Assembly (NCBI GenBank): GCA_951406725.2
Contig: OX597819.1
Coordinates: 58,156,001 to 58,220,000, forward strand
DNA length: 64,000 nt
Reading direction: 5' to 3'
Origin: Octopus vulgaris
Lineage: Eukaryota
In this document: positions 25,863 through 39,479 of the stretch, piece after piece
Position numbering within the stretch: the stretch's first letter is position 1
Layout of the letters: each line of letters starts with the position of its first letter
The notes under the pieces: generated by a model
Databases searched by the model: none
What the model was told of the DNA's origin: nothing
Seen by the model: only the letters and a program-made list of their open reading frames with translations
Translations under genes and position numbers: made by a program

Positions 25863-28800
25863 TCTATGTTTGACTTTTGCTTTATATTTGTACAAGTTGG
25901 CTCCCAGTCTCACCCAGAGACCTCAAGAGACAAAAGGTTGGAAGTTCATGTTGTTGTTATGCCTAGTGTGCCATATATTTTTGGGGGGGGGAGTTTTTGG
26001 TGTTGTACTAATGAATGTCTAAAAAAAAATTTTTTTTTTTTTTTAAACCGAGAATTATGTTTGTTTTAAACCTGGAGATTACATAGAAAGTATTTTGCGT
26101 AGGATATGAGCAGTTCCCATGAGCACTATCTTTTGAATTTCTGCCATTTTGGGGTTTCCTGGTATCTGAGTTAGGTAGCTATCAGCCCCTTTTGCTATCA
26201 TTCCCAGGGCACCTATGACAACAGGTATTGTTTTAGTCTTCAGCTTCCACATTTTGCTGATTTCTATTTCAAGATCTTTATATTTGCTCAGTTTTGGGTA
26301 GGTCTTGACAGATACGTTTATATCGATTGGGACAGTCATATCAATGAGGAGGCATGTTCTTTGTTTGAAGTCTTTCAATATGATGTCTGGCCTATTTGCA
26401 TCTATCTTTCTGTCAGTTTGAATGGTGAAGTTCCAGAGGAGTGAGATGTGGTCATTTTCAAACACTGGGGGTGGTTTGTGTTCCCAACAGTTTTTTTCAT
26501 GGGGCAAATCCAGGTTTTTGCAGATTACCCAGTGAATATATTGTGCAGCTCTATCGTATCTGTTGAGATACTCTGTAGGCGCTAGAAGACTGCACTTGGA
26601 GACCACATGGTCAATGGTTTCATTTTGTTGCTGGCATACACGACACGTTGGACTGCTTCTGATCTTTAATATGTTGGCCTGGTAGTTTCTTGTTGGTAGG
26701 CATTGATCTTGAGCTGCTATGATAAACCCCTTCTGTTTCAGATTTTAAGCCAGATGCCATTAGCCATTGATGGGTCAGGGCTTTGTCAACATCTGCAGTA
26801 TTTGCTCTCTTTTGGTATTTGCCATAGAGAGGTTTTTCTTGCCATTTATCATTCAGAATATCTAAGGCCGCAGATTTAACACGGGTTTTCATGCGCTTAG
26901 CTTTTTTCTGTGCCTGTTTCTTGTATGTCTATCTCTAATTCCGAAATTTGTTGTATTCGGAATTCACTTAGATATTCCTTTACCTGTTTTGTTACTGAAT
27001 ATGATGCTTTCTTGTTTTCATGTTTTGAGACAAGTTTTAGCATCCAGTCCTCAGAGTTTTTCAGGTAAGTGTCTAGGCCAATTGTAGCAATCTTCATTGT
27101 TATTGCCAGTTGTAAAAGTCCACGGCCTCCCTCTTTTCTTGGCAGATAAAGTCGTTCTGTATCTGCCTTAGGGTGGTGCATTCTATGCATTGTCAACAGT
27201 TTTCGTATTTTTCTGTCAAGATTACATATTTCAGTAATTGACCAGTTAACGATATTGAAACTGTAAGTCACAACTGGTATGGCTAATGCATTGATCGCTT
27301 CGATCCTGTTTCTCGCATTCAGCTCTGTCTTGAGTATTGCTCTTACTCTGCGATAACATTCTCTCCTGATCCTTTCCTTCATCTCTGAATGCCTTATTCC
27401 TTCTCCTTCAATTACCTCTAGATACTTGTAGTTCTCTGCTGGGTCTAATTCTTTTGTGACATTCTGCTGGTCAAGGTTAACGTTAGATGTTTCTGTCATT
27501 TTTCCTTTGATAAAGGTAGCTTTTGCACACTTATCGAGGCCAAATTGCATTCTGATGTCATCACTGAATTGTTTGACAATCGCTAGTAAGCCCTTGAGTT
27601 GTTGGTCATTTTTTGCAAAGAGCTTTAAATCATCCATGTAAATGAGATGATTTATATTTTTATCAAACATTTTATACCCGTACTGCGCGTCATTCAGCAG
27701 TTTTGAGAGAGGTATTAAGGCTAAACAGAAGAGGAGTGGTGATAGTGAGTCACCCTGGAAAATGCCACATGAAATTTTTACATCACCAGCATTTAGAGAT
27801 TCATTGTCACTATTCAAAGTTAGTGTGGTTCTCCATGATCTCATGCTTACAGACAAAAAGTTTCGCAAAGCAGGTGCTATCTTATACATTTCTAGGCATT
27901 TCTTAATCCAGCTATGCGGTAGGCTATCAAAAGCCTTTTTATAGTCTATCCAGGCTATTGATAAGTTTTTGTGTCGTTTGTGACAATCTTCTTAGATCAT
28001 CTTATTGATGAGTAGTTGATCTTTACAACCGTAGGATCCACGTTTACATCCTTTCTGTTCATTAGGGAATATGCTGCTGTCTGTCAAAAAACTATAGGTA
28101 TATTCCGTCAGGACAGATGTTAGTGTTTTATACATAGTTGTTAAGCAGGTTATGGGTCTATAGTTTTTGGTTCATTTGTTTCTTCACTTTTTGGAAGCAG
28201 GAATGTTACCCCATTAACTAGCCAAGGAGGCATCCCACTAGGGTGTTGCAAAACATCATTGTAAAGTTCTGTTAGCAGTTCATGGCTCTCTGGGAAGGCA
28301 TTCAACCAAAAGTTAGGGATTTTATCCTTTCCTGGAGACTTCCATTTGCTTGACCTCCTGAGAGCAGATCTTATATCTTCTACCTTGACACCCTCCCGCT
28401 TTTGCTCTTCTAAGGAGTCCAGTTCTTTAAATATTCTATCAATCCATGGGGCCTTTTCGCTGTGTTTTTTCTTCTGCCCAAATTTTATTCCAAAATCCCT
28501 GCACTTCTTCTTTTGATGGTACAGTCTTTACAGTAACTGTTGTTTTTCCTATCTTCCTGTAAAAATTTTTGGGGTTATTTTTGAACATGTTGTTGTCCCT
28601 GAAGAATGTAACACGCTTTTCATACCTCCCTATGCGGGCAGCTTTAGCAGATACCTTTTGCTTGATGGTTTCTATGGTGGCATCAATATCAAGTATAGTT
28701 TTCATATTATATTTTTTCATTAGTTTGGGGGTTTTTGTAGGTTTGGTAGTCTTATGAACCTTAAGGTTTTTCAAATATTCAATGTCAGATCTAAATAGTT

Positions 28801-30028
28801 TAATTTGTTGTTGCAAACGCTCTTGCCAAGAAGGCTTTTTGTGGAAATGTTGCCGTTTTCTAATCTTTTCACCACATAGGATCGTTGAGATTTTCGCAGA
28901 TGCATAGTATAGGTGGTTGAGATCTGTGATATCAACATCATTAGCTGAAATTATATCCTTAAGTGCAAGCCGGGTTTTACCAATTATTTTCATGTTTTGG
29001 TTAGAGTTGCGGATTTTAGGGAGTGTATCACGTTCATCCATACTGGTTTCTTTAATTTTCAGCCATTCAATCATGATTTGACTTTTTAGCTCATGTAGTT
29101 CTGTCGGATCAATATTTGTGTGACTTTCTTCATCTATTTGATGTTCATCTGTCTTAGTGTTTATATTTGGTTCAGGGAGTATTTCACTTTGCCTATCACT
29201 TATACTAACTCTTTCATCCTTACTTCGTTTTTATTAGCTCTGAGCCGGTCTATAATTATTTCCTCTGTATTATCTTCTTTAGCTGCAGCTTCGTTCATTC
29301 TATCCGTTACTGCTTGTCTAATTTGATCAATCTCTACTTCAGTCAGTAATTTTTTTTATAATGTTTCTTCTGACGTTGGCAAGTTTGTTACTGTCTATGT
29401 AGGGTCTTACTTCAGGGTGTTTCTGTCTCCAGTTTATGTAGGTTTGTATAGTGTTCAATTTATCTGTGGGGAAATATATAGCATAGTAGAAGGCCGCAAG
29501 AACTTCTTTGTTATCTTCCCTAGTCCATTTTTCCTTCTTTTTCTTTTGAGTGTTTGGTGACGAGCATGGATGGCCATCTGTTGGAATATTCCAGTTGCGG
29601 GGTACGTCCAGCTCCTGTGTGTCGGGAAGATTTGATCCAGGAGCTGATTTTTCAATCAGACTTTGGTTCAATTTTCGGGTTCGTGGTCTTTTGTAGTCCG
29701 CTCGTCGACCATCGCGGATTGCAGGTTGTTTTGTTGACATTGAAGCATGACGAGCTTCGACTCTTACATTAAGAGACGGATCTGTCAGTTTAGGATTCTC
29801 TGCACGTAAACATTGTTCGTAGCGCAGCTTCTTAAGGTTAGCAGATCTGTATTCGTCTGTATTTTTTTTGTTGATAGTTTTATCTCCGGGCATAGTTTTC
29901 CCTTCTTCTTTTTATTTATTCATTCATTTTTTTTTAAACCTATGAAAGGTTCACTCTGCAGAAAACAGTAGATCTTCCAGTTTTTCCGTTGCCACGCTGG
30001 GTTGGTCAGAGCAGCGAAAAACACGTCC

Positions 30029-30029
<1 letters not shown>
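25863..30029 (-). mobile_element. Apparently full-length Dong/R4-type RLE LINE (family C), about 4.17 kb, frameshifted
   Basis: N-terminal KWTREDN..FYY motif; RT motifs KSPGKD, PITCL, WIDYKKAFDS, GIFQGDSLSPLLF, YMDD; CCHC; RPDIILKD..IDMTVP..KY; (TTA)n at both ends. Confidence 0.93.
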
Positions 30030-30084
<55 letters not shown>

Positions 30085-30089
<5 letters not shown>

Positions 30090-30444
30090 TAGTTTTATTT
30101 TTTATAGCGTGCTTTCACTTCACTACCGAGCGCAGCTCTGTGTGCCTTGGGTATGTGCTGTAATTTGTTCTGATGCTCTGATGGTTATAGAATGGAAAGT
30201 GTTCTGCGTAGGATGTGTGCAGTGCCTAGTAGTGCAATTTTCTGTATGTTATATGCGTTTGTAAGTCCTGGTATTTTTGTTATGTATTTGTCTGAATATT
30301 TTTTTATCATGCCTAATGCACCTACTATGATAGGAATTGTTTCTGTTTTTAGATTCCACATTCTGGTTACCTCCATTTCCAGGTCTTTGTATTTTGAAAG
30401 TTTCTCCATTTCTTTTAGAGACACGTTGTCATCTGCCGGTATTG

Positions 30445-30445
<1 letters not shown>
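30085..30445 (-). mobile_element. Short 3' fragment of Dong family B
   Basis: Nearly identical to 25188-25546; TTA flanks. Confidence 0.92.
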
Positions 30446-30509
<64 letters not shown>

Positions 30510-30552
30510 CATTATTATTATCATCATCATCATAATCATCATAATTATTATT

Positions 30553-30584
<32 letters not shown>

Positions 30585-30591
30585 TATTATT

Positions 30592-30626
<35 letters not shown>

Positions 30627-30834
30627 TATTATTATCATCAGCATCATCTTCATCATCAGCATCATTATTATTATTATTATTACTATCATCAGTATTATTA
30701 TTATTATTATCATTATTATTATTATTATTATTATTATTGTTAACTTACGTCGACTTTTCCCTTCATCTCTTTCGGGAACGATAAAATAAGTACCAGTAGA
30801 ACACTGTATCCCAAATTATTATATCAGGTCTATT

Positions 30835-31200
30835 GTGTTTACATTTTATTAAGGTTTTCACTGGGACATTCAACCAGTACTCCTTTTTATTATGAGTGGT
30901 TATGGCTTTCACCATACTGTGGATTCTTATTTCTTTGTCCTTGAGGTTATCCTATAATGGATCTCGTTATACAATTTCGAACAACTGCTTATGATGTGTG
31001 TGACAATATCAGTGTTAACTCCACAAAGTCTGCATCGGTTGTCAAATTTTACTGTTTTTCCTGCATCTCTGTCTCCTTTGTTCATCAAGTATTTGGTTGA
31101 TATTTCTTGTACCTGGATTGCAAACGCATACTCTTCAAAGTGGGAGGTAATAACCCGGCTATTGGTCTATGATAGACTGCTTTGATGATCAATGTTACTA
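30835..31200 (-). mobile_element. Degenerate Dong/R4-type LINE fragment (family D)
   Basis: Minus-strand translation SHFEEYAFAIQVQEISTKYL..RCRLC..THIISSC. Confidence 0.7.
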
Positions 31201-31202
31201 TC

Positions 31203-31233
<31 letters not shown>

Positions 31234-31429
31234 TGTATGTATGTATGTATGTATGTATGTATGTATGTATGTACATGTCTGTATGTATAGTTTACTGTTC
31301 CGTTAAGGTAGGATCAACAAAAAATACTCCATCCAGTGAGAGAAAAATATTGCCTAATGTTCAGAGGGACCCACGTTTCTGAGCATGAAACTGTTAGTAG
31401 TTCGTGTTTTCACATTGAGTGCATTAAAT

Positions 31430-31670
31430 GACGTGTATGTGTGCCTGTGTGTGTATGTGTGTGTGTGTGCGTGCGCTTGTCCCTCAACACCACTTGACAA
31501 CCGATGCTGGTTACTTTACGTCCCCGTAACTTAGCAAAAGGCACTGATAGAATAAGTACCAAAATTTTAGAAGAAAAATTCGTATGTGCTGGAGTTGAGT
31601 TGTTCGATTAAATCAAAAATGAAGGCGGTACCCCAGCATGGCCGTAGTCCAAGGACTGAAACAATCAAAT
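31430..31670 (+). mobile_element. 3' half of SINE family A
   Basis: cttgacaaccgatgctgg...tacgtccccgtaacttagc...cagcatggccg. Confidence 0.7.
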
Positions 31671-31859
31671 ATACTCTCGAATTATAATTGAATTTGCCAG
31701 TTGAATGAACTGGAGAAATGTGAAATAAATTGTCTTACTTAAGGATACCATGCACCGCCGGTAATTGAACTCACGACGTTACGTTAGAGATAACGATGTT
31801 ACGACGTTATCCCTAACCACTAAACCACGTGCCCGACGCATTATCTTCCCTAATATCAA

Positions 31860-34200
31860 CACTACCATCACCAACACGACCCTAATTACCACCTCCTCTG
31901 CTACTACTACAACTACTGTGACCACTACCATAACCACCTCCTCCACCACCATTACTGGCACCAACGGAAACACAAACACATCTACTACCTCCTCTACCCT
32001 TTCCTCTATCATTACCACACATTCACCATGGACAGCATCAATACTACCACCGACATCGACACAGCTATCATTTTTTCTACGACTACTATTACAATTAACA
32101 CTACCACCACTACCAACAAACAGCCACCGCCACCACTACCACTAACAGCTACCAGCGCCACTAACAGCCACTATCACCACCAACAATAGCCACCACCACC
32201 AATACCTCCAACACCACCAATAGCCCCCACCACCAACAGCCACTACCACCACCAACAGCTCCCACCACCAACAGCTCCCACCACCAACAGCTCCCACCAC
32301 CAACAGCCACCACCACCAACAGCCCCCACCACCAACAGCCCCCATCACTAACAACCAATACCCGCCACCACCAGCCACCACCACCAGCAAAAACAACCAA
32401 CAACGAAAATCCAGCATGGTTACCACCTCCACCACTACTACCATCCACCACTACTACCATATCCACTAACACCGACACTGCTAATACTACCAACACTTTG
32501 ATTGCTACCACTACCGTTACTAGTATCACCACCATTTTCATCACTACACCTTCCTGCATCACCACCACAACCACCAATGTTAACAGCACAGCAACTATTA
32601 CCAACTCTTCGAATAACACTACAACCACCACAAACACCACCACCGACACCACAAAACCACCGAACAATGTCTGCCAATTTCACCTCCACCAACAATAAAC
32701 AGAAATCCTGACCTTCATCATTCACACACACACACACACACACACACCCGGTTATCCCACCACGCATTCATAACCTCACCGCCACCATCACTATTCATCA
32801 ACAACACTTACAGCAATACTATTACCACCGCCAACGCCACCAACACTACAAACACTAACATCACTACCACCGTCACCGCTAACACCACCGCCGCCATCAC
32901 CACTAACACCAATACAACTACGGCCGCCAATACCAATCGCCACCACCAGCAACACCACTAAAACGTACACCAGCATCATTACCACCGCCACAATCATTGT
33001 GGATAACTGTTGTTTTAATTTCCTGTCCGTATTCACCAACCACCTTTCAGAAATAAAAATGTAATAAAAAAAACAAAGATGATTTATGCAGTTTTTAATG
33101 AAACTGCAAAGTCGATTGTTTGTCTACTGTTGTGTGGGTGGTGGTGGTGGTGGTGGTGGTGGTAGTCGTGGTGGTGTTGGTTGTGGTGGTAGTGGTGGTA
33201 GTGGTAGTGGTGCTGGTGGTAGTCGTGGTGGTGCTGGTAGTCGTGGTGGTGCTGGTAGTCGTCGTGGTGGTGGTAGTGGTGGTGGTGCTGGTGGTAGTCG
33301 TGGTGGTGTTGGTTGTGGTGGTGGTGCTGGTGGTAGTGGTGGTAGTGGTAGTGGTGGTGGTGGTGGTGGTGGTGGTGGTGGTGGTGGTGGTGGTGGGTGG
33401 TGGTGGTGGATGGTTGGTGGTGGTGGTAGTGGTGGTGGTGCTGGTGGTGGGTGGTGGTGGTGGGTGGTGGTGGGTGGTGGTGATGGTGGTGGTGAGTGCT
33501 GCAGTTGTTGCCGCTGCTTCTGCTGTCATTGATGCTCTTGATGTTGTTACTGTTCTTCTCGTTGTTGTTCTTGTTGTCGCAATTGCTGCTGCTGTTATCG
33601 TTGTTTCTGCTGATGTTGTTAGTATTGTTGTTGTTGTTGCTGCTGCTGCTGTTGTCATTGTTGCTCTTGATGTTTCAGTTCATCTCGTTGTTCTTGTTGT
33701 TACACTTGTTGTTGTTGTCGTCGTTGTTGTTATTGTTGTTGTTGTTACAGTTGCTGTATTTGTTGTTGCATTTTCAGCTTGTTGTTGTTGCTATTGTTAT
33801 TATTGTTACAGTTGTTGTTGTTGTTGTTGTTGTGTGTGTTGTCGTTGTTATTGTTGTTGTTACAGTTGCCGTGTTTGCTGTTGTTACTTCAGGTTGTTGT
33901 TGTTGCTGTTGCTGTTGTTATTGTTGTTGTCGTCGTTATTGTTATTGTTATTGTTGTTATTACAGTTGCTGTATTTGTTGTTGTTGTTGTTACAGTTGCT
34001 GTATTTGTTGTTGTTGCTTCAGCATTTGCTGTTGCTGTTGTTATTTTTGTTACATTTGTTGTTGTTATTGTTTCAGATTGTTGTTGCTGTTGTTGTTGTT
34101 GTTATTGTTGTTGTTATTGCTTCACATTGTTATTGTTGCTGTTGCCATTACCGTTGTTCTGCTGTCGTTGTTGTTGTTACTCTTGTATTATTGAATTGCA
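31860..34200. repeat. (ACC/AAC)-rich tract followed by a (GGT/GTT)-rich tract
   Basis: Directly visible; includes a 16-bp minisatellite acagctcccaccacca near 32250-32300. Confidence 0.9.
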
Positions 34201-35960
34201 ATTTTATTGTTTCTCCATAGTTTATTTTTTTCTTGTTTGTTTATTTTTTCTTTATATCCTTCCTTTACTCTTTCCAGATCTTTCTCATCTTCTTTTGCTT
34301 TCTTTTATTTAATCTTCACCATTTTTTATATTTATTTCCTTTTAGTTTTATCTCTTCTTTGCTTTTTTGTTCATTCTTATCCTTTCTTTTATTTTCTCTG
34401 CTCTTTGCTTTTTGTTTATTTTATTGTTTGCCTATTGTTTATCTATTGTTTGTCCGTTTGTTTGTTTAGTTTTTTTATCATTTACTTATTTGTCTCTTGA
34501 TTGTTTTTGTTTGTCTTGTTGTTTATCTATTGTTTACTTGGCACTGTTTATTTTATTTATTCATTTTATTGATAATGTACTGTTAGTTTATTACTTGTTT
34601 ATAATGCTTTGTGTCAGTTATTATTATTATTATTGTTGTTGTTGTTGTTATCGTGCTTATTAATATTATTATTATAGCTGTTAATAAAGATTATCCTTAT
34701 CATCGTCATCTTTATCATCATCATTCTCATTATCACATCATCATCATAATCATCATCACCATCATCATTATCATCATTATTATTCACTGTTGAAGATCCA
34801 TGTAGTGATTTCTTTTGTTCTTTTCCATTCAAGTTTTCGTTTCATTTTCTATGTCATCTTCGCCGCTGCCCCCACTACAGCCTCTATCAATGCCAAAATT
34901 CTCTTATCCCACCAATAATTACTGCTACAACCATGCTATCACCACTACCGACACGGATGAAGTGCTAGTACAGACTGAGTCACAGATTAATCTTCTGAAA
35001 TAATAATACCCCACAAAACATCGGTGGGTTTCATAGATTCCCTATAAAAGTATTCTAGAGAAGCTTGCCCACCCCACCCCCACGGTAAATCTGTTTCCAT
35101 AGTCAACAGAATTACCAGCTAGTGAAAGAAAATCAAAACCACTGCTGCCACCCTGTTAAGCAACAAAGTGTAGTAGAAGAAATGGAGCCACTGCCGCCCC
35201 CACCTGCAACAGCAGTGAATGCATGGCAAAATGTAGCTCATTTGCTGGTGCTTCAAAACCGTTGGATTCGGTCCCATTAGACAAGAAACGTTAGTTCTTG
35301 GAACAAGCAGCTGAAAGAATCAACAGACACGATAAAAAGGTTACAATCACGGTAGCACTGAAGTTCCTGGAGCAAACAGATACAAGAACAATAATATACA
35401 GATATAAATCGTTAAAAAAGGCATACACTGAAACGAATATTTCCAGAATAAGCTGAATTATACTTAAAAACCATGGATGTTATCATTCATGCCAACATTT
35501 ATGGTTACTTACAAGTAAATTTTCATTAGACTATCCTGACCGTGAAACACTCCATAGTCATACATAGAAGCGAGGAAGTTACACTGTTATCAATTTATTT
35601 ATTTGGAACTGGGAGTGATCAGGATAAAATTTTCAGAAACACCACCAGAATTAAGCTTCTGGTGGGTATTGAAATGTATTGTGTTGCAAGAGTCCAACGC
35701 GGTGCGAGACATAAAAGAAAATCCGAAAAGAAAATTGGGTTGGAACACAGTTGAAAATTCTGATTCACGTGAAATTTGAGACACTAGAGCAGATCTATGA
35801 CTTAATAGAAATATCAGGAGAGCAGAATCTTCAGCTAGCACTGTAAGGTAGAAGACCACAACTGTAGCAGCACCGATCACCTCTAACCCTTCTCCCTCCA
35901 ACAAGAACGAACAGGGACTGTTGAAAGAATGCTTCCCCTGCTGACAACAACAGCAGCGGC

Positions 35961-36152
35961 TGTGGAGCCGCAATGGCCCAGTTGTTAGGGCAGCGGACTC
36001 GCGGTCGTAAGAGCGCGGTTTCAATTCCCAGACCGGGCATTGTGAGTGTTTATTGAGCAAAAACACCGAAGCTCCACGAGACTTCGGTAGGGAGGGGGGA
36101 ACCCTGCTGTACTCTCTCACCACAACTTTCTCTCACTCTTTCTTCCTACTTC
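35961..36152 (+). mobile_element. SINE family B1 (tRNA-Arg-like head)
   Basis: gtggagccgcaatggcccagttgttagggcagcggactcgcggtc...ggtttcaattccc. Confidence 0.85.
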
Positions 36153-36436
36153 TGTCACATAGCAGAGGAACCATGGTATAACCCACTATGGTGTGGTAAA
36201 CTTTCAGACTCTAGTCTAGATTGCGAATCCTCTGTCCCCCAGGAAGGTTCAGCTCTCCACCCGTTAAAAGCCACCGTTTACAGAATGAGGATAACACCGT
36301 AGCTTTCGCGCCCGTGCAACCGCCAGTCCATCGCGTGTGGTGGGTGGATCTTGAAGTTGCCACACGCATTCTTAGTAGCTTAGAGTAGGCTCGAATTAGA
36401 AATTATTCTTTGTGGCTAATGGCGTGAGTCCTGATT

Positions 36437-36603
36437 GGAAGAAGAAGAAGAAGAAGAAGAAGAAGAAGAAGAAGAAGAAGAAGAAGAAGAAGAAGAAGAA
36501 GAAGAAGAAGAAGAAGAAGAAGAAGAAGAAGAAGAAGAAGAAGAAGAAGAAAAGAAGAAGAAGAAGAAGAAGAAGAAGAAGAAGAAGAAGAAGAAGAAGA
36601 AGA
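36437..36603. repeat. (GAA)n microsatellite
   Basis: Directly visible. Confidence 0.95.
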
Positions 36604-37299
36604 AATCAGCAGCTACAAAACTATCAACAACAGCAACACAAACAACAGCATGTAACTGCACAAACAGTGGCTGCAGCAGCAGTGTTTGTGGCACCTGCTA
36701 CAAGAATGAAACCAGCACCTGCAACAACAAATGCAACAGCACCAACAATGAAAGCAACTACAACAAAATGAAGAAGCATCGCGATCAAAGATTACCAACA
36801 ATAGGAAGAACGGGAGAAATGCATTTAAACAATGATACATCACCACCAACAACAACATCAATTCTTACAACACTGTCATCATCATCATCATCATCATCAC
36901 CACTACCACATACTCCACCGACACTGGAAATACAAGTTCAACTCAGTTCACACCCATTTTCACGACCAAAATAGCTCCAGCAAGATGAACAAAAAAATCA
37001 TTAACTTCACAGCCACAGACATAAGTCACAAAAAAACATCAGCATACAAGCATTAGACACGATGACTACTACATACCAGCACATAAAAAGTCATCAAACA
37101 GCACTAAACGCATATCACTTTGTAAATCACAAATATCCCGAGATTTCAAAGGGAATATTAAGGAAATCTGCAAAGATTTTCTCATGGAAACATCCACATT
37201 TAGCCGGACGAACGGAAAACCTGTCTTTCCACAGGAATCAGGTAAGGAGCTTTTTCTCACTTTCTTCCCTTTTAACTAACATTGCCTTAGAATACTCAG

Positions 37300-38010
37300 A
37301 ATAGGCAATGTGAACGCACGTTGCCTGGGGTCACTTTGGATGCAGGACAACCAATTCAGCTACCTTAAGTCACTAAATATAGGTACGGTGACCATCGACG
37401 AGACCAAAATTTCCGAACCACGAGCCTTCGGCTCACTTACAGCGTTATGTGGTGTACGCATCTATAGGTTGGTTGGAATCGGGAGGCAGAATCGCTGTGT
37501 CCTTTGGGAAAGGGCTGGACCTCAAGATACGGACCATCCTCATCGACGCAGAAGATAAATTGGTGCTATTGTACGTAATCTGCAGCGAACGCAATGCTTT
37601 AGAGCAGTGGTTGTCTATGTCCCAACAGAGGCGGAACGACCAGATTTCTTTGCACGTCTGAAGATTTCCCACTTGAGTACAAGTAGGTAATTGGACCATC
37701 ATCTCGGATGCACGCGTCAGTTGTGTGGGATTAGATAATAGGAGAGAGGGAATAACAAAGCCTCTCGAGCTTGCCCATGCGTTTCCATCTGTCTAACAGG
37801 TAACCAGGATTTCCCAAATATGCCAATGTGGACATGGACATAACGCATCGGGACATCCAAAGAGATAGGATATTCTGTAAGATAGTAGATAGGAGTAGCG
37901 CTGGTCGTCCATAATTCAAGGTGTTCGGCTACATAGACAACAAATTTGTGATCTGTATGGTCGGCCTAGATAGGCTTCTTAGGAGAAATCCGTGGCTGGA
38001 ACCTGAATGT
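37300..38010 (+). pseudogene. Highly decayed L1/Tx1-like APE endonuclease fragment
   Basis: NVNARCL...IDETKI resembles the APE N-terminal motifs (NVRGL..QETK); later VGNW resembles GDWN; many frameshifts. Confidence 0.45.
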
Positions 38011-38030
38011 GTTGTTCGGTCGTTGTAAAC

Positions 38031-38242
38031 CGGTAAGCAGGCAGAATCATTAGCACGCTGGACGAAATGTTTAGCGGTATTTCGACCGTCGCTACGTTCT
38101 GAGTTCAAATTCCGCGAGGTCGGCTTTGCCTTTCATCCTTTCGGTGTTGGTAAATTAATTACCAGTGATACACTGGGGTCGATATAATTGACTTATCTGC
38201 ACCACCACCAAAATTTCAGGCCTTGTGCCTTTAGCAGAAAGG

Positions 38243-38243
<1 letters not shown>
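38031..38243 (+). mobile_element. SINE family C
   Basis: Family consensus motifs; runs into an (ATT)n tail. Confidence 0.85.
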
Positions 38244-38322
<79 letters not shown>

Positions 38323-38360
38323 TACTATTACTATTATTATTACTATTATTATTATTATTA

Positions 38361-38535
38361 TTCAGTGGTTTTATTTTTATAGCGTGCTTTCACTTCACTA
38401 CCGAACGCAGCTCTGTGTGCCTTGGGTATGTGCTGTGATTTGTTGTGATGCTCTGATGGTTATTGTATGGAAAGTGTTTTGCGTAGGATGTGTGCAGTGC
38501 CTAGTAGTGCAATTTTCTGTATGTTATATGTGTTT
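38361..38535 (-). mobile_element. Very short 3' fragment of Dong family B in (TAA)n
   Basis: Matches 30085-30260; TTA flanks. Confidence 0.9.
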
Positions 38536-38549
38536 ATTATTATTATGAT

Positions 38550-38589
<40 letters not shown>

Positions 38590-39479
38590 TCCGATGGAAA
38601 GGAAATAATGACGTATGTTAATATGGTGAGAGTGCTGCTACCAAGAATTATTATTATTTTTTTTTTTTTGTTGAATTCCTTAATTTGTGCAAAGTTATAT
38701 ATTCATTTGTTTAGGAATTTACTGATTCTATTCATGCTGCTGCTGCTACTACTACTACTACTACTACTACTACTAACACTTCTACTACTACTACAGTTGT
38801 TGCTACTGTATACAGCAACTAGAATCACGGTCATCAATCATAATTACAAATAAAGGATAAAATAAAGAACGCAGTATTTTCTTCGTTATCATCGTCGACA
38901 TTATCGTCGCCGTCGTCTTCATCATCATCATCTGCCTCATCTTCATCGTCATCATCGTCGTTCCCGTCGTCGCCGTCACCGTGGTTACCGTCGTCGTCGT
39001 CGCTGTCATAATTATCATTATGCTCTATAATATACATCGCCTAATATTTTAAGGTATATTATTGTTTTTGTTAGTTTTTCTAGGCGTCGTTGGGGTGGAG
39101 GCTGGAAATGATGGTGGTTGTGGTGGTGGTGGTGATTGTGCTGATGGTGACGGTTACAGTGATTCACCTGATGTTTTTGTTAGTGGTAGTGACGAAATTT
39201 GTTATTTTTGTTATTTTTGCTCAGGAAGAGGATGGGAAGGAGGTAGTGATGGTGTTATTTACTGATGTTTTCGCTCATTATTCCTATAAACCAGCAACAT
39301 CAACCGCAGCAGCATGGTTGATTTATTGTTGCTGCTGCTGCTGTTGCTGTTGCTGCTGCTGCTGCTGTTGATGGGGGTGGTAATAATGATAATTATGATG
39401 ATGATGAGGCGGAGGAAGAAGAGATGGAAGAAGGGGCGTAAATACTTGGAGTTGGAGGGGAGATAAACAGGTTGAGAAG

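Noticed and set aside
36604-36780. Cys-rich metallothionein-like peptide (CNCTNSGCSSSVCGTC)
   Set aside because: Derived from degenerate CAA/CAG repeats directly after (GAA)n; no start or splice context
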